Below, piece after piece: positions 1 through 9,620 of a DNA stretch of 64,000 nucleotides. The position numbers and the translations under genes were made by a program. Each line of letters begins with the position of its first letter. Positions within the stretch are counted from its first letter, which is position 1. The notes beneath the pieces are model-generated. The model was not told where the DNA came from, searched no databases, and worked only from the letters and a program-made list of their open reading frames with translations. This DNA comes from an uncultured delta proteobacterium (GTDB lineage Bacteria > Myxococcota_A > UBA9160 > SZUA-336). The stretch lies in assembly GCA_963704165.1 (NCBI GenBank), contig CAVPHD010000006.1, positions 64,001 to 128,000 on the forward strand. The letters are read 5' to 3'.

Positions 1-68
1 AGAGTGATCACGAAGACGCCCTCGTCGACGTGGGTGCGCAGACACTTCGGCTTGGTCCTGGTCGTCAC
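1..68 (-). CDS. N-terminal fragment of a probable enoyl-CoA hydratase/isomerase family protein (runs off the window)
   Basis: GTG at 68 preceded by a purine-rich SD (GAGGGGAGGGA); reads MTTRTKPKCLRTHVDEGVFVITL, resembling the crotonase N-terminus. Confidence 0.45.
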   Translation of the reverse strand, partial: MTTRTKPKCLRTHVDEGVFVIT

Positions 69-106
69 GGAATCCCTCCCCTCGGAAGTCTGCGAAGCCG
101 CCGCTC

Positions 107-116
107 ATGGTACCCT
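107..116. promoter_or_regulatory. Back-to-back -10 elements (ATGGTACCCT): TACCCT on +, TACCAT on -
   Basis: Lies between divergent genes; the + hexamer has an extended TG motif. Confidence 0.5.
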
Positions 117-146
117 CGCAGACGTCGAATCGGAGGCACGCACGCG

Positions 147-1007
147 ATGATCGTCGGTCGGATCCTCGAGCTCTGGCGCTACCCCGTGAAGTCGATGATG
201 GGCGAGCGGATCGAATCCACCTCGCTTGGCGCGAACGGGATTCCCGGCGATCGCGCCTGGGCAGTGCGCGACGAGGTGCGCGGCGGAATTCGCGGCGCCA
301 AGAAGCTCGCGGGGCTCATGGGCTTTCGCGCGCGCTACCTCGAAGAGCCGGTGTTCGAGCGCGTGCCGGCGCCCGAGATCACGCTGCCCGGCGGCGCCCG
401 CTTGCGCGCATCCGAGAGCGACGCCTCGAAGCGCGTCAGCGAGGCCCTCGGAAGCGAGGTCACGCTCTGGCCGCTGCTCTCGCCCGAGCAGCTCGATCAC
501 TACCGGCGCGGCGCGCCGACGCACGAGGACATGGAGCAGGAGCTGCGCGCGATCTTCGGCCGCACGAAGGACGAGCCGCTCCCCGATTTCTCGATCTTCC
601 CGCCCTCGATCTTCGAATTCGAATCGCCTCCCGGTACCTACTTCGACGCGTTCCCCCTCCTGCTGATGACGAGCGCGACGCTCCGCCACCTGCAGAAGCT
701 CGCGCCGACGTCGCGCGTGGACGTTCGCCGCTTCCGGCCCAATCTCGTCGTCTCGACGCCGGACGACGTCGAGGGCTTCGCCGAGCTCGACTGGATCGGC
801 AAGCGGCTGCGAATCGGCGAGGTCGAGATCTCCCTGCCTTCGGCGTGCCCGCGCTGCGTGATGATCTCGCACGCCTTCGACGATCTGCCGAAGGACCCCG
901 GCCTGATCCGCACCGTCGTGCGCGAGGCCAACCAGAACGTCGGCTCGTACGCGGTCGTCGAGCGCGCGGGTCGGATCGCCGTCGGCGACGCCGTGGAGCT
1001 GCTTTGA
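147..1007 (+). CDS. MOSC domain-containing protein
   Basis: WRYPVKSM, GDRAWA, DAFPLLL, RRFRPNLVV, CPRC motifs; GGAGG SD before ATG147. Confidence 0.92.
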   Translation: MIVGRILELWRYPVKSMMGERIESTSLGANGIPGDRAWAVRDEVRGGIRGAKKLAGLMGFRARYLEEPVFERVPAPEITLPGGARLRASESDASKRVSEALGSEVTLWPLLSPEQLDHYRRGAPTHEDMEQELRAIFGRTKDEPLPDFSIFPPSIFEFESPPGTYFDAFPLLLMTSATLRHLQKLAPTSRVDVRRFRPNLVVSTPDDVEGFAELDWIGKRLRIGEVEISLPSACPRCVMISHAFDDLPKDPGLIRTVVREANQNVGSYAVVERAGRIAVGDAVELL

Positions 1008-1873
1008 TGAAGATCGGCCTGATCCCGTTCAACATGGCCGTCGCCGACGCCCGGCAGATGGTCGCGGCCGCGCAGAAGGCCGAGGCGATCGGCATCGAAT
1101 CGCTCTGGACGTTCGAGCACGTGATGATCCCGATCGACTACGAGTCGAAGTACCCGTACAACGCGACCGGAAAGATGGGCGCGCCGCCCGAGACCAACCT
1201 GGTCGATCCGCTGATCGCGCTCGCCGCGATCGCGTCCGCCACCTCGAAGCTGCGGCTCGCGACCGGGGTGAACATCCTCCCGCAGACGAATCCGCTGTAT
1301 CTGGCGAAGCAGGCCGCGAGCCTGGACTTCGTCTCGAACGGACGCTTCATGCTCGGTGTCGGCATCGGCTGGCTGCGCGAGGAGTTCGACGCGCTCGGCG
1401 TGCCGTTCGAACGCCGCGGCGCGCGCTTCGACGACTACGTCGAGGCGATGCGGAAGGTCTGGTCGGGCGACGTCGTCGAGCACCGGAGCGAGTTCCTGAA
1501 CTGGTCCGGTTTCAAGAGCTACCCGATCCCGATCCAACGCCCGGGCGTGCCGATCATCGTCGGCGGCTCGAAGGGAAAGGTCTTCGAGCGGATCGCGAAG
1601 TACGGCGACGGCTGGTACGCGCCGACCCAGAACGCGGAGCAGCTCTCGCAGATGCTCGTGCCGCTCCGCAAGGCCTGCGACGCGATCGGTCGCAGCGCGT
1701 CGAGCGTCGAGATCTCGGCGATGTGGATCCCCGCCGCGGAGGGGATCGACGCCGTGAAGCGCTACGAGGATCTCGGCGTGAGCCGGCTCGTCGTTCCGGT
1801 CTTCGCGATCGGGGGCGTGGGCGCCGACGCGCTCGACCGTTTCGGCTCCGAGGTCCTCGCGAAGCTCGCCTGA
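1007..1873 (+). CDS. LLM class (probably F420-dependent) oxidoreductase
   Basis: WTFEHV, DPLIALAA, LAKQAASLD..SNGRFMLGVGIGW..EEF, YGDGW; TGATG overlap with MOSC gene. Confidence 0.9.
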   Translation: MKIGLIPFNMAVADARQMVAAAQKAEAIGIESLWTFEHVMIPIDYESKYPYNATGKMGAPPETNLVDPLIALAAIASATSKLRLATGVNILPQTNPLYLAKQAASLDFVSNGRFMLGVGIGWLREEFDALGVPFERRGARFDDYVEAMRKVWSGDVVEHRSEFLNWSGFKSYPIPIQRPGVPIIVGGSKGKVFERIAKYGDGWYAPTQNAEQLSQMLVPLRKACDAIGRSASSVEISAMWIPAAEGIDAVKRYEDLGVSRLVVPVFAIGGVGADALDRFGSEVLAKLA

Positions 1874-2848
1874 TCAGGAGAGGCCGAGCGCGAGCCAGAC
1901 GCGCTCGATCAGCCAGAATCCCGCGAGCGACCCGAAGGCATAGGCGAGGGGTCGCTCGAACGCGCGCAGCGAGCGGACGAAGAGCAGGAGCACGGCGACG
2001 AAGGCGAGCTGACCGAGCTCGATTCCGACGTTGAAGCTCGCGAGCGCGAGCGGCACGTCGCTCGCGGGCAAGCCCGCCTCGCGGAGCGCGGCGGCGAAGC
2101 CGAAGCCGTGGAGCAGGCCGAACGCGGCCGCGACCGGCGCGGGCCGCAGACGGCGCGGACGACCGGACGCGAGCTCGACCGCGAGCCAGAAGACACTCGC
2201 GGCGATCGCGACCTCGATCGGGCCGGCCGGCAGCTGCACGAAGCCGAGCGCAGACGCGCAGAGCGTCAACGCGTGACCCGCGGTGAACGACGTCACCGTC
2301 GCGATCAGCGTGCGACGGCTTCTCACCAGGAGCACCAGCCCGGCGACGAAGAGCAGGTGATCCAGACCGCCGAGGATGTGCCAGAGACCGAGCTCGAGGT
2401 ACGAGCGGATCGTGTCGATCGGCTCGGCGCGCGCGGGGACCACGAAGAGCGGACGGTCGGCGTCGATCACCGCCCGCGCGACCGTCCCGTCCTCGAGCTC
2501 GACGCGCACCAGCGCGTTGGTCGCGCTCGCGCGCAGCCCCTCGATGCCGAGCGTCCGGCCGGCGAGCGGCTCCGGACCGCAGTCGAGCGCCGAGACACGC
2601 GTCTGCGCGAGCGCATCGCGTTCGAATCGCGCCGGCGAGCTCTCGCGGCAGCCCGCGGGTAGAACGGGAACGAGCGGCGCGCCCTGCGCGCGCACGATCG
2701 GGGTGCGAAAGATCAGGCTCGCACGGCCGTTCGCGTGCTCGCGAAGTTCGAGCAGCGAAGGTGCGAAGGGATGCGCGCGCGCATTCGCAGCGCCGAGCAC
2801 GCCGAGCGCGGCCAGCAGGAACGACGCCACGAGCGTCGCGGACTTCAC
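1874..2848 (-). CDS. HupE/UreJ family membrane protein with N-terminal soluble domain
   Basis: Signal peptide ending ARAH; HILGGLDHLLFV, FTAGHALTL, FGLLHGFGFA, FNVGIELGQL. Confidence 0.9.
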   Translation of the reverse strand: MKSATLVASFLLAALGVLGAANARAHPFAPSLLELREHANGRASLIFRTPIVRAQGAPLVPVLPAGCRESSPARFERDALAQTRVSALDCGPEPLAGRTLGIEGLRASATNALVRVELEDGTVARAVIDADRPLFVVPARAEPIDTIRSYLELGLWHILGGLDHLLFVAGLVLLVRSRRTLIATVTSFTAGHALTLCASALGFVQLPAGPIEVAIAASVFWLAVELASGRPRRLRPAPVAAAFGLLHGFGFAAALREAGLPASDVPLALASFNVGIELGQLAFVAVLLLFVRSLRAFERPLAYAFGSLAGFWLIERVWLALGLS

Positions 2849-3819
2849 GAGCGCTCCCCTTCGACGCGGATCTCGTAGCGATGGCGCAGCCGTTCGAGCG
2901 CAGCGCGCAGAGCCGCGTCTTCGCGCTCGCGCGAGAGCGCCGCCGAGATCTCGATGCGTCGCGCGGCGAATACGGGCTCTGCCGCTTCGGTTCGCTCGTG
3001 CACCCAGACGAGATGGATCCCGTAGCTCGACGGAATCGGCGCGGAGACGCGTCCCGGTTCGAGAGCGAAGACCTCGCGCGCGAACCCCGCGCCGAAGACG
3101 CGCTCGAGATCCGTCCGAGAGCGATTCGGAGCGTGTGACCGAGCAGGAAGGCATCGCCGCGCCCGATCGCCCCCTCGATCTCGAGCGCCCCGTCGGAGAT
3201 CTGCTCGGCGAGTCTTCGCGCGTCCGCGGCGAGCCGCATCCCCACGTCGCTCTCGAGAGAGGAAGACGTGCGAGAGTCGGACGCGCACGGGGCCGACGAC
3301 GCGCGCGCGATCCCGAGCGAATCGCGCTGCGATCTCGGACTCGCTCGGCATCGAGCCCTCGCCGATCGAAAGCTCCGCGCGCATTCGCTCGATCAGCCGC
3401 CGTCGCACGACCAGATCGCCCCGCCCGATCCCGAGCGCGAGCGCTTGCGCCACGCGCGACGCGTCGCCCGCGGCATTCGCGCGCTCGTCCTCGCCGGAGA
3501 TGAAGCCGATGTTCCGCGCCAGTCGCGTCCGGACGACGGGGTCGCCGACGTCGAATCCCCGAACGCGCGCTTCGCGAAGCAGGATCTCGTCGTCGATCTC
3601 GGCCCCGATCAGCGCGTCGAGCGTTTCCTCGTCGGGCCACGCTCCGGTTCGCGCGGCCCAGTCCGCACGCAGCTCGTCGATTCGCACGGCGCGGATCTCG
3701 ATCCGATCCCGAGGCCGCTCGTCGGGGAACGCCTCCGCGACGATCCAGCGATCCGCCGCGAACAGCACCGCGCCGAGCGCGAGAAAGTGAAGCGCGGGAG
3801 ACGCGAGGACGCGCCGCAT
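2845..3819 (-). CDS. PpiC-type peptidyl-prolyl isomerase domain protein (two compensating frameshifts near 3235 and 3125)
   Basis: PALHFLALGAVLF anchor, DEILLREA, DPVVRTRL, HVFLS, APIPSSYGIHLV; the expected middle segment (ADARRLAEQI...GDAFLLG) is in another frame. Confidence 0.82.
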   Translation of the reverse strand: MRRVLASPALHFLALGAVLFAADRWIVAEAFPDERPRDRIEIRAVRIDELRADWAARTGAWPDEETLDALIGAEIDDEILLREARVRGFDVGDPVVRTRLARNIGFISGEDERANAAGDASRVAQALALGIGRGDLVVRRRLIERMRAELSIGEGSMPSESEIAARFARDRARVVGPVRVRLSHVFLSRERRGDAARRGRAKTRRADLRRGARDRGGDRARRCLPARSHAPNRSRTDLERVFGAGFAREVFALEPGRVSAPIPSSYGIHLVWVHERTEAAEPVFAARRIEISAALSREREDAALRAALERLRHRYEIRVEGERS

Positions 3820-3825
3820 CGCGGG

Positions 3826-5151
3826 TCAGCGCCCCGCAGTCTTGAGCTTGGTGGTGTCGTAGTACTTCTTGCTCGCGGCGACGTCGAACTCCATCGCGTT
3901 CATGCCGTCGAACTGGCCGAGGTTCGACGCGCCGCTCTGCACGTTCACGATCATGACGGAGGTGCCGAGCAGCACGAAACGGCCCTGGTTCTCGGCGAGC
4001 CCCGTCGCCTCGCTCCACTTTCCGACGCCGCCGATCAGCTTGTACGGCTTGCCTGCGCGGTCGTACACGACGGCGAGGCCGGGCGCCATCGTCTCCTTGT
4101 CGTACCAGATCTTCTTGCGGCTGTAGGGGTGCCCCTTCTGGCGCGGGATGTCGTCGAGCTCGAAGCTCCGCCGCTTCTGCCAGCTCTCGCCGATCATCGG
4201 AAGCGCGCCGTAGGGATCGAAACGACACGCGCTCCACTCCTCGTTCGTCCCGAGCCGGACCATGCTCGTCGGGGAAATCGCATCGGTGACCCTCGGAAAG
4301 CAGGTGCGCGAGCTGTTCGACGCTGCGAGCTGGACGCTCTCGCCCCCGAACTCCCAGACGTGATCCCAGACGTAGCCGGAGAACAGGTAGAAGTCCTCGA
4401 GCGTGAACTCGGTGCCGAGCAGGGAGTCGCTCTTCTGCGTCGCGGCAATTCTGCGCACGCGCCGCAGCGCCGGGATGTACGCCCAGGTGTCGTCTTCCTG
4501 TCCGTTCCGGTAGCGGTAGAGCAGGAACATGGTTCCGCGCAGATCGAAGGGCGACTTGACGTCGAAGTACTCCGCCCATTCCGTGTTCGTTCCCGGCTCG
4601 AGCTCCGTCGTCTCGGGGAGGAGATCCGCGCGGCCGCTGAAATAGGTGCGCCGGTATTCGCCCTGCGAGATCCGCCAGGTCTCGCGACCCGCGTTGCGCA
4701 TGTTCGCGAATCCCCAGTGCGGAATGTTGAAGCCCGAGCCGCCCTGCCAGCGCTGATTCACGTTCCAGGCGAGCTTCAGCGCGAACTGCGGGTCGTCCGG
4801 CGTCAGGTCGCAGCGGTGTCCGGTCGCCTGCTTCGCCCATTCCGAGTACGGGAAGGGCTGTCCGGCGGTGTAGTTCGCGAGCCGTCGGTCGGCGTCGATC
4901 GATGCCTGACACGCGAACCGGACGGTCGCCTCGACGTACTTCGGGTGGGGCGGGTAGGACTCCGTCGCCGCGATTCGCATCTCGAGCTCCGCGAACGGCT
5001 CGATCGCGTAGCTGTAGAACTCCGCGGGCACGAGCTCCCGCACCTGCTCCCGGTTCGCGGTCGTGATCACGTCACCGGGCGCGACGTCGGCGGAGGCCGT
5101 TCGCGAAGCGAACGTGCACACGAGCAGAAGCGACACCGTCGTGCGTCTCAA
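3826..5151 (-). CDS. DUF1329 family exported protein (LolA-like C-terminal domain)
   Basis: TTG start overlapping the upstream stop; signal peptide; PGDVIT..N, GQPFP, PFDLRG, DDTWAYIPALRRVRR, HPYSRK..WYD, YDRAGK. Confidence 0.85.
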   Translation of the reverse strand: MRRTTVSLLLVCTFASRTASADVAPGDVITTANREQVRELVPAEFYSYAIEPFAELEMRIAATESYPPHPKYVEATVRFACQASIDADRRLANYTAGQPFPYSEWAKQATGHRCDLTPDDPQFALKLAWNVNQRWQGGSGFNIPHWGFANMRNAGRETWRISQGEYRRTYFSGRADLLPETTELEPGTNTEWAEYFDVKSPFDLRGTMFLLYRYRNGQEDDTWAYIPALRRVRRIAATQKSDSLLGTEFTLEDFYLFSGYVWDHVWEFGGESVQLAASNSSRTCFPRVTDAISPTSMVRLGTNEEWSACRFDPYGALPMIGESWQKRRSFELDDIPRQKGHPYSRKKIWYDKETMAPGLAVVYDRAGKPYKLIGGVGKWSEATGLAENQGRFVLLGTSVMIVNVQSGASNLGQFDGMNAMEFDVAASKKYYDTTKLKTAGR

Positions 5152-7098
5152 GGCACCGCCGCCGCGGCTTTGGCCGGTGAAAACCAGATCGGCGAGGTCC
5201 AGGAGCGCTCCTGCACCGTCTTCGGGACGTTCGCGTCGCAGCACGGCTCGAATCCCTCCCTCAACGAGGACGGGTCGTCGCAGCGCACGCGCCCGGCGTT
5301 GCAGACGCGCGTCGTCCAGCGGCAGGTCGGGTTCTCGATCACGCGCGCGTACCAGACGGCGCGCTCTGCGGGATCGAAGTCGGGATCGGTCCAGACGGCG
5401 CAGAGCGCATCGGCGCCGGGACCGCGGGGCTCGCAGGTCTCGAGATCGACGCTCGCCGGGCTTTCCGGTTCGCCCGCGACGTCGTAGACCCGTTCGTGGG
5501 TCTCCCCATCCGCGTCGAGCCAGCCCTTCACGATCTGCAGCCGCTGCAGCTTCGTGCCCGGCCGCGCATCGGTTCCCGGATCTCGGAGCGCCGAAAGGAC
5601 GAATCGCGGCGAGCCGTTCGCGGGTGCGCGCGGAAGGTCCCCTCCCATCGGCACTCCGCCCGCGTATCCGCGCGCGGCGAGGTCCGGGCTCTCGCAGAGA
5701 TCCTCGGGATGGTCGAAGCCGCCGAAGAAGCGTACGACGTGGCGCGGGCCGCTCGTGCCGTACACTTCCTTGCGTCGCAGCGCCGAGAAGATCGCCTCGC
5801 GCGAGTTCTCCTCGGCCCAGACCACGGCGAGTCCGCCCGGGTTCAGATCCCACGCATCCGGCAGCCCGGGTGGGATCTCGTCCCTGGCGGGGTTTCCGGC
5901 GCCGCCGTGCCCCTTGTACGCGACGTCCTCTTCGACCGCACCGGACGCGCCGAGATGCGTGTCGGTGCTCGCGACGATGCCGAACTTGAACGGATTCACG
6001 CCGAGCTTCTCCTCCTGAACGAGTCCCTCGCGCAGGATGTGGCGGACGAACTGGCGTGGCACCGGCTTCTCGGCCAGGTACGGGACGTAGCGGCCACTGA
6101 AGTTTCCCATCTCGAGAGTCTCGAAGGAGCAGAGCTCGTCGGCGGTGTCGATGCCGCGCATGCACTCCGACGACGCCCTTGTGCTGCATCACCTCGACGA
6201 GCGGCTCGAGATCCGCGTTGAGACGCGCCTCCTCCGGAGTCATCGCGGAGCCGTCGAGGTGCAACGTCGAGAACATGCGTCCCGCGGACAGGTTCGAGTT
6301 GTGCGGGATCACGAGCGCGTCGCAACCGGTTCCGGCGTCGAGGCAGGTCTCTCGGAGCTTCCGCCAGAGCAGCGCCGGGGCGGGCGTGTCGATGAAGCTC
6401 GACGGAAGATCCGGCACGACCGAGTTCCGGAAGATCACGTTGCGGTGCAGGTTGTTCCCCGGCCCGGCCGCGCCCGTCCATTCGTAGCCGATCAGGGTGG
6501 TGAAGCGGCACTCCGCGCTGCGGTCGTTCGCGGCCTCCGCAGCTTCGATGATCTCGCGCCAGGGACCTCGCGCGGCCTCCCGGCAGCGCTCACCCCGCGC
6601 GCCGCAGAACTCGAAGCGCGTCGGCGGCTCCACCTCGTCGCCGCTCGAGGCGCGGTAGTTCATCGCGAAGAACGCGAGGCGCGGGTACTCGCGGTAGATC
6701 CGACAGATCCACGAGTCGTAACCGTCGAGCCCGGGCGTGCTGCAGATGTGTCCCTCGCCGAGCATCTCGGCGTGGTCGGTCACGGACGCGAAGTCGAGCG
6801 GACGCGCGAGCTGGAGCTCGCGCAGCGGTTTCCCGTCGCGATCGTAGGGCTGCACGCCGATCCGCTCGCCGCGCGCGAAGCGGTACGCGTCGGCGGGACG
6901 GTTCCGCGTGCCCTGCGTGCTCGCGTCGAGCGAGAGCACCGTGTGCACGTGCAGGTCGCCGAAGAGCGGTCTTCGCAGCGGGTCGCGGTCGGCGCAGACG
7001 CTAGGTGGATCGCCTCGCGATTCGCCGGCCTCGTCGGCTCGGAGCGGCGGGCTCGCGAACGCGACTGCGACCATCGCGATCGCGACGGCCCGTCTCAA
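5148..7098 (-). CDS. DUF3604 family exported PHP-fold metallohydrolase (one frameshift near 6175)
   Basis: Signal peptide; GDLHVHT, VTDHAE, GYEWT, NLHRNVIFR, IPHNSNLS, EVMQHKG then SEC, NPFKFG..STDTH, WAEENSRE, WYARVIENPTCRW, QERSWTSPIW; one extra base separates the two frames. Confidence 0.88.
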
Positions 7099-8060
7099 AG
7101 CCTGGCCATCGCGGCGAACGCATCGAGCTCGCTCGGGATGTCGGAGCCGAGCGGTTGATAGACGACTTCCGTCAGCCCGTCGTCGGCCAGACGCACGAGC
7201 CGATCGCGGAGCTCCGCCTGCGTGCCCGAGAACGTCAGCGCCCCGAGCGCGGGCGCGATGTGCCGGCGGTCGAGCTCCGAGACCGCGACCAGATGCCCCT
7301 CGTGAACCGCGAGGTGACGTTCGTCGGCCGGCACCTTCTCGATCTCGGCCCGCCAGGCCGCGCCCCCGGGCAGCGCATCTACACCATCGGGTGACGCCTC
7401 GTACGTCGCGTGGTAGATCACGGCGATCGCCGGACCGAGCGCGTCGAAGACGCGCGGTGACTCGAACGTCTCGCCCTCCTCGAGGACGGTTCCGAAGGTC
7501 AGCGCCGCGCACCATGCGAAGCCCGGCTGCGGCCGGTTCACGCACATCACGCCGTCCCCGAGCTCGCGCGCGACCGCGAGGCCCTTCGGTCCGTTGGCCG
7601 CAACCAGGATCGGCGTGCGGATCGGCCGCTCGACGCCGAAGCCCTCCGGGTGGAGCAGCTTCACCTTCGCGCCATCGACGCGCACCGCCTCGCCCGCGAG
7701 CAGGCCCTTCAGATCTCGGACGTAGCGTTCGAGCGCCGCGATCGGTAGCGGCTTCTGCCCGAGCGCTCGCCGCCCGGTGAACCCGGTGCCGACCGCTACC
7801 GCAAGACGGCCGGGCGCCTGCGCCTCGATCGTCGCGATCGCGGCCGCCGTCGCGAGAACGTGTCGCAAGCTCGGCACGAGCACGGCCGCGCCGAACTCGA
7901 TCTCGTCGGTGTTCTCGGCAATCGCCGCCAGCGCGACCCAGACGTCCTCGTAGAACGCCGGAGAATCGTAGACCCAGACGCGTTTGTAGCGGAGCGACTC
8001 GGCGAGCGATGCGTAGTCGACCAGATCACGGCCCGGGGGAAGAGCGACGGAGATGTCCAT
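7095..8060 (-). CDS. LLM class flavin-dependent oxidoreductase
   Basis: AESLRYKRVWVYDSP, APGRLAVAVGTG, PILVAANGPKGL..A.ELGDG. Confidence 0.88.
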   Translation of the reverse strand: MDISVALPPGRDLVDYASLAESLRYKRVWVYDSPAFYEDVWVALAAIAENTDEIEFGAAVLVPSLRHVLATAAAIATIEAQAPGRLAVAVGTGFTGRRALGQKPLPIAALERYVRDLKGLLAGEAVRVDGAKVKLLHPEGFGVERPIRTPILVAANGPKGLAVARELGDGVMCVNRPQPGFAWCAALTFGTVLEEGETFESPRVFDALGPAIAVIYHATYEASPDGVDALPGGAAWRAEIEKVPADERHLAVHEGHLVAVSELDRRHIAPALGALTFSGTQAELRDRLVRLADDGLTEVVYQPLGSDIPSELDAFAAMARL

Positions 8061-8061
8061 G

Positions 8062-8077
8062 TGACAGAATCCTGTCA
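8062..8077. promoter_or_regulatory. Palindrome TGACAG-AATC-CTGTCA filling the 16-bp divergent gap (operator and/or bidirectional leaderless promoter)
   Basis: 6-bp inverted repeat; contains CAGAAT 6 nt before ATG8077 and CAGGAT 8 nt before ATG8060 on the minus strand. Confidence 0.55.
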
Positions 8078-9618
8078 TGAATCCGCGGGACTCCGCCAAC
8101 GCGCGAACACCGTCGAGCGGTCCCGCGAACGCGGTCGTCGTGCTGCTCGACAGCCTGAACCGGCACCTGCTCGGCGCCTACGGCTCGCGCGAGTTCTCGA
8201 CACCCAATCTCGATCGCTTCGCGCGGCGCGCGGTCCGCTTCGACACGCACTACGCCGGGTCGCTTCCCTGCATGCCCGCCCGCCACGACATCCTCTGCGG
8301 CGCGCTCGACTTCCTGTGGAAGCCGTGGGGCTCGATCGAGATCTGGGAAGACCCGATCACGGTCGAGCTGCGAAGGGCGGGCGTCACGACGATGCTGGTC
8401 TCCGACCACCCGCACCTCTTCGAGGTCGGCGGCGAGAACTACCACTGCGACTTCACGGCCTGGGACTATCAGCGCGGCCACGAGAGCGATGCGTGGCGGA
8501 CGCGCCCCGACCCGAGCTGGATCGGCGCGCCGTCGTTCGGACGCGGGCACACGCACTACGACGACTCGCGCGGGTACTTCCGCGGCGAGGCGGACTTCCC
8601 AGGTCCGCGCACGCTCGCAGCCGCTTCGCGCTGGCTCGAACAGGATGCGCCGCATCACGACCGCTTCCTGCTCTTCGTGGACGAGTTCGATCCGCACGAG
8701 CCCTTCGACACGCCCGAGCCCTACGCGTCGCTCTACGACCCCGAGTGGCAGGGACCGCACCTGATCTGGCCGCCCTATACACGCGCTGGCGTCGCCGACG
8801 GCGTACTGACGGCGAGCGCGAGGCGCGTCAGGTACGCGCGTGCTACGGCGGAAAGCTGACGATGATCGACCACTGGTTCGGCCGGATCCTCGACGCGCTC
8901 GACCGGAATTCGCTCTGGGATTCGACCGCGGTGATCGTCTGCACGGACCACGGGCACTACCTGGGCGAGAAGGACGCCTTCGGAAAGCCGGCCGTCCCCG
9001 TCTACGAGCCGCTCGGGCACATTCCGCTGATGATCGCCTGGCCCGGCGTCGAACCCGGAACGCGCTCGGCGCTGACCACGAGCGTGGACGTGCACGCGAC
9101 GCTGCTCGATCTCTTCGGCGTCGGCGCGCGTCAGCGCACGCACGGGCGGTCGCTCGCACCGCTTCTCCGCGGCGAGGCCACGCACGTGCGCGACTGGGCG
9201 CTCTCCGGCGTACTGGGGCCGCGAGGTCCACGTGATCGACGGCCGCGAGAAGTACGCGCGCGGGCCGGTCGGCGCGAACGCGCCGCTCTCGGTGTTGTCG
9301 AACCGCTGGTCGACGATGCCGGTCGCTCGCCTGCCGCAGCTGCGCCTGCCTCTTCCCGACGAGCGCGCACGCCTCGATCGCATGCCCGGCTCGAAGGTCC
9401 CGGTGATCCGCCAGCCCTTCGGCGAAGGCGATCGCCTGCCCTTCTGGGCGATCGGGCAGTTCAGCGGCAGCCATCTCTGGAACCTGCGCGACGACCCCTC
9501 CGAAGATCACGACCTCGCCGGAACGCCGGCGGAACGCCGCGCGGCGGAGCTGCTTCGCACGGCGCTGATCGAGATCGAAGCGCCGGCGGATCACCTCGCG
9601 CGGCTGGGACTCGCGTAG
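8077..9618 (+). CDS. Formylglycine-dependent sulfatase (frameshifts near 8812 and 9210)
   Basis: NAVVVLLDSL, TPNLDRFA, CMPAR (CxPxR), FDPHEPFD, IVCTDHG, HIPLMI; continuous across three frame segments. Confidence 0.88.
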
Positions 9619-9620
9619 CC

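Noticed and set aside
3826..7545. Apparent 1239-aa DUF3604-DUF1329 fusion ORF
   Set aside because: Artefact of the frameshift near 6175; the DUF3604 C-terminus is in another frame with its own stop, and DUF1329 has its own signal peptide
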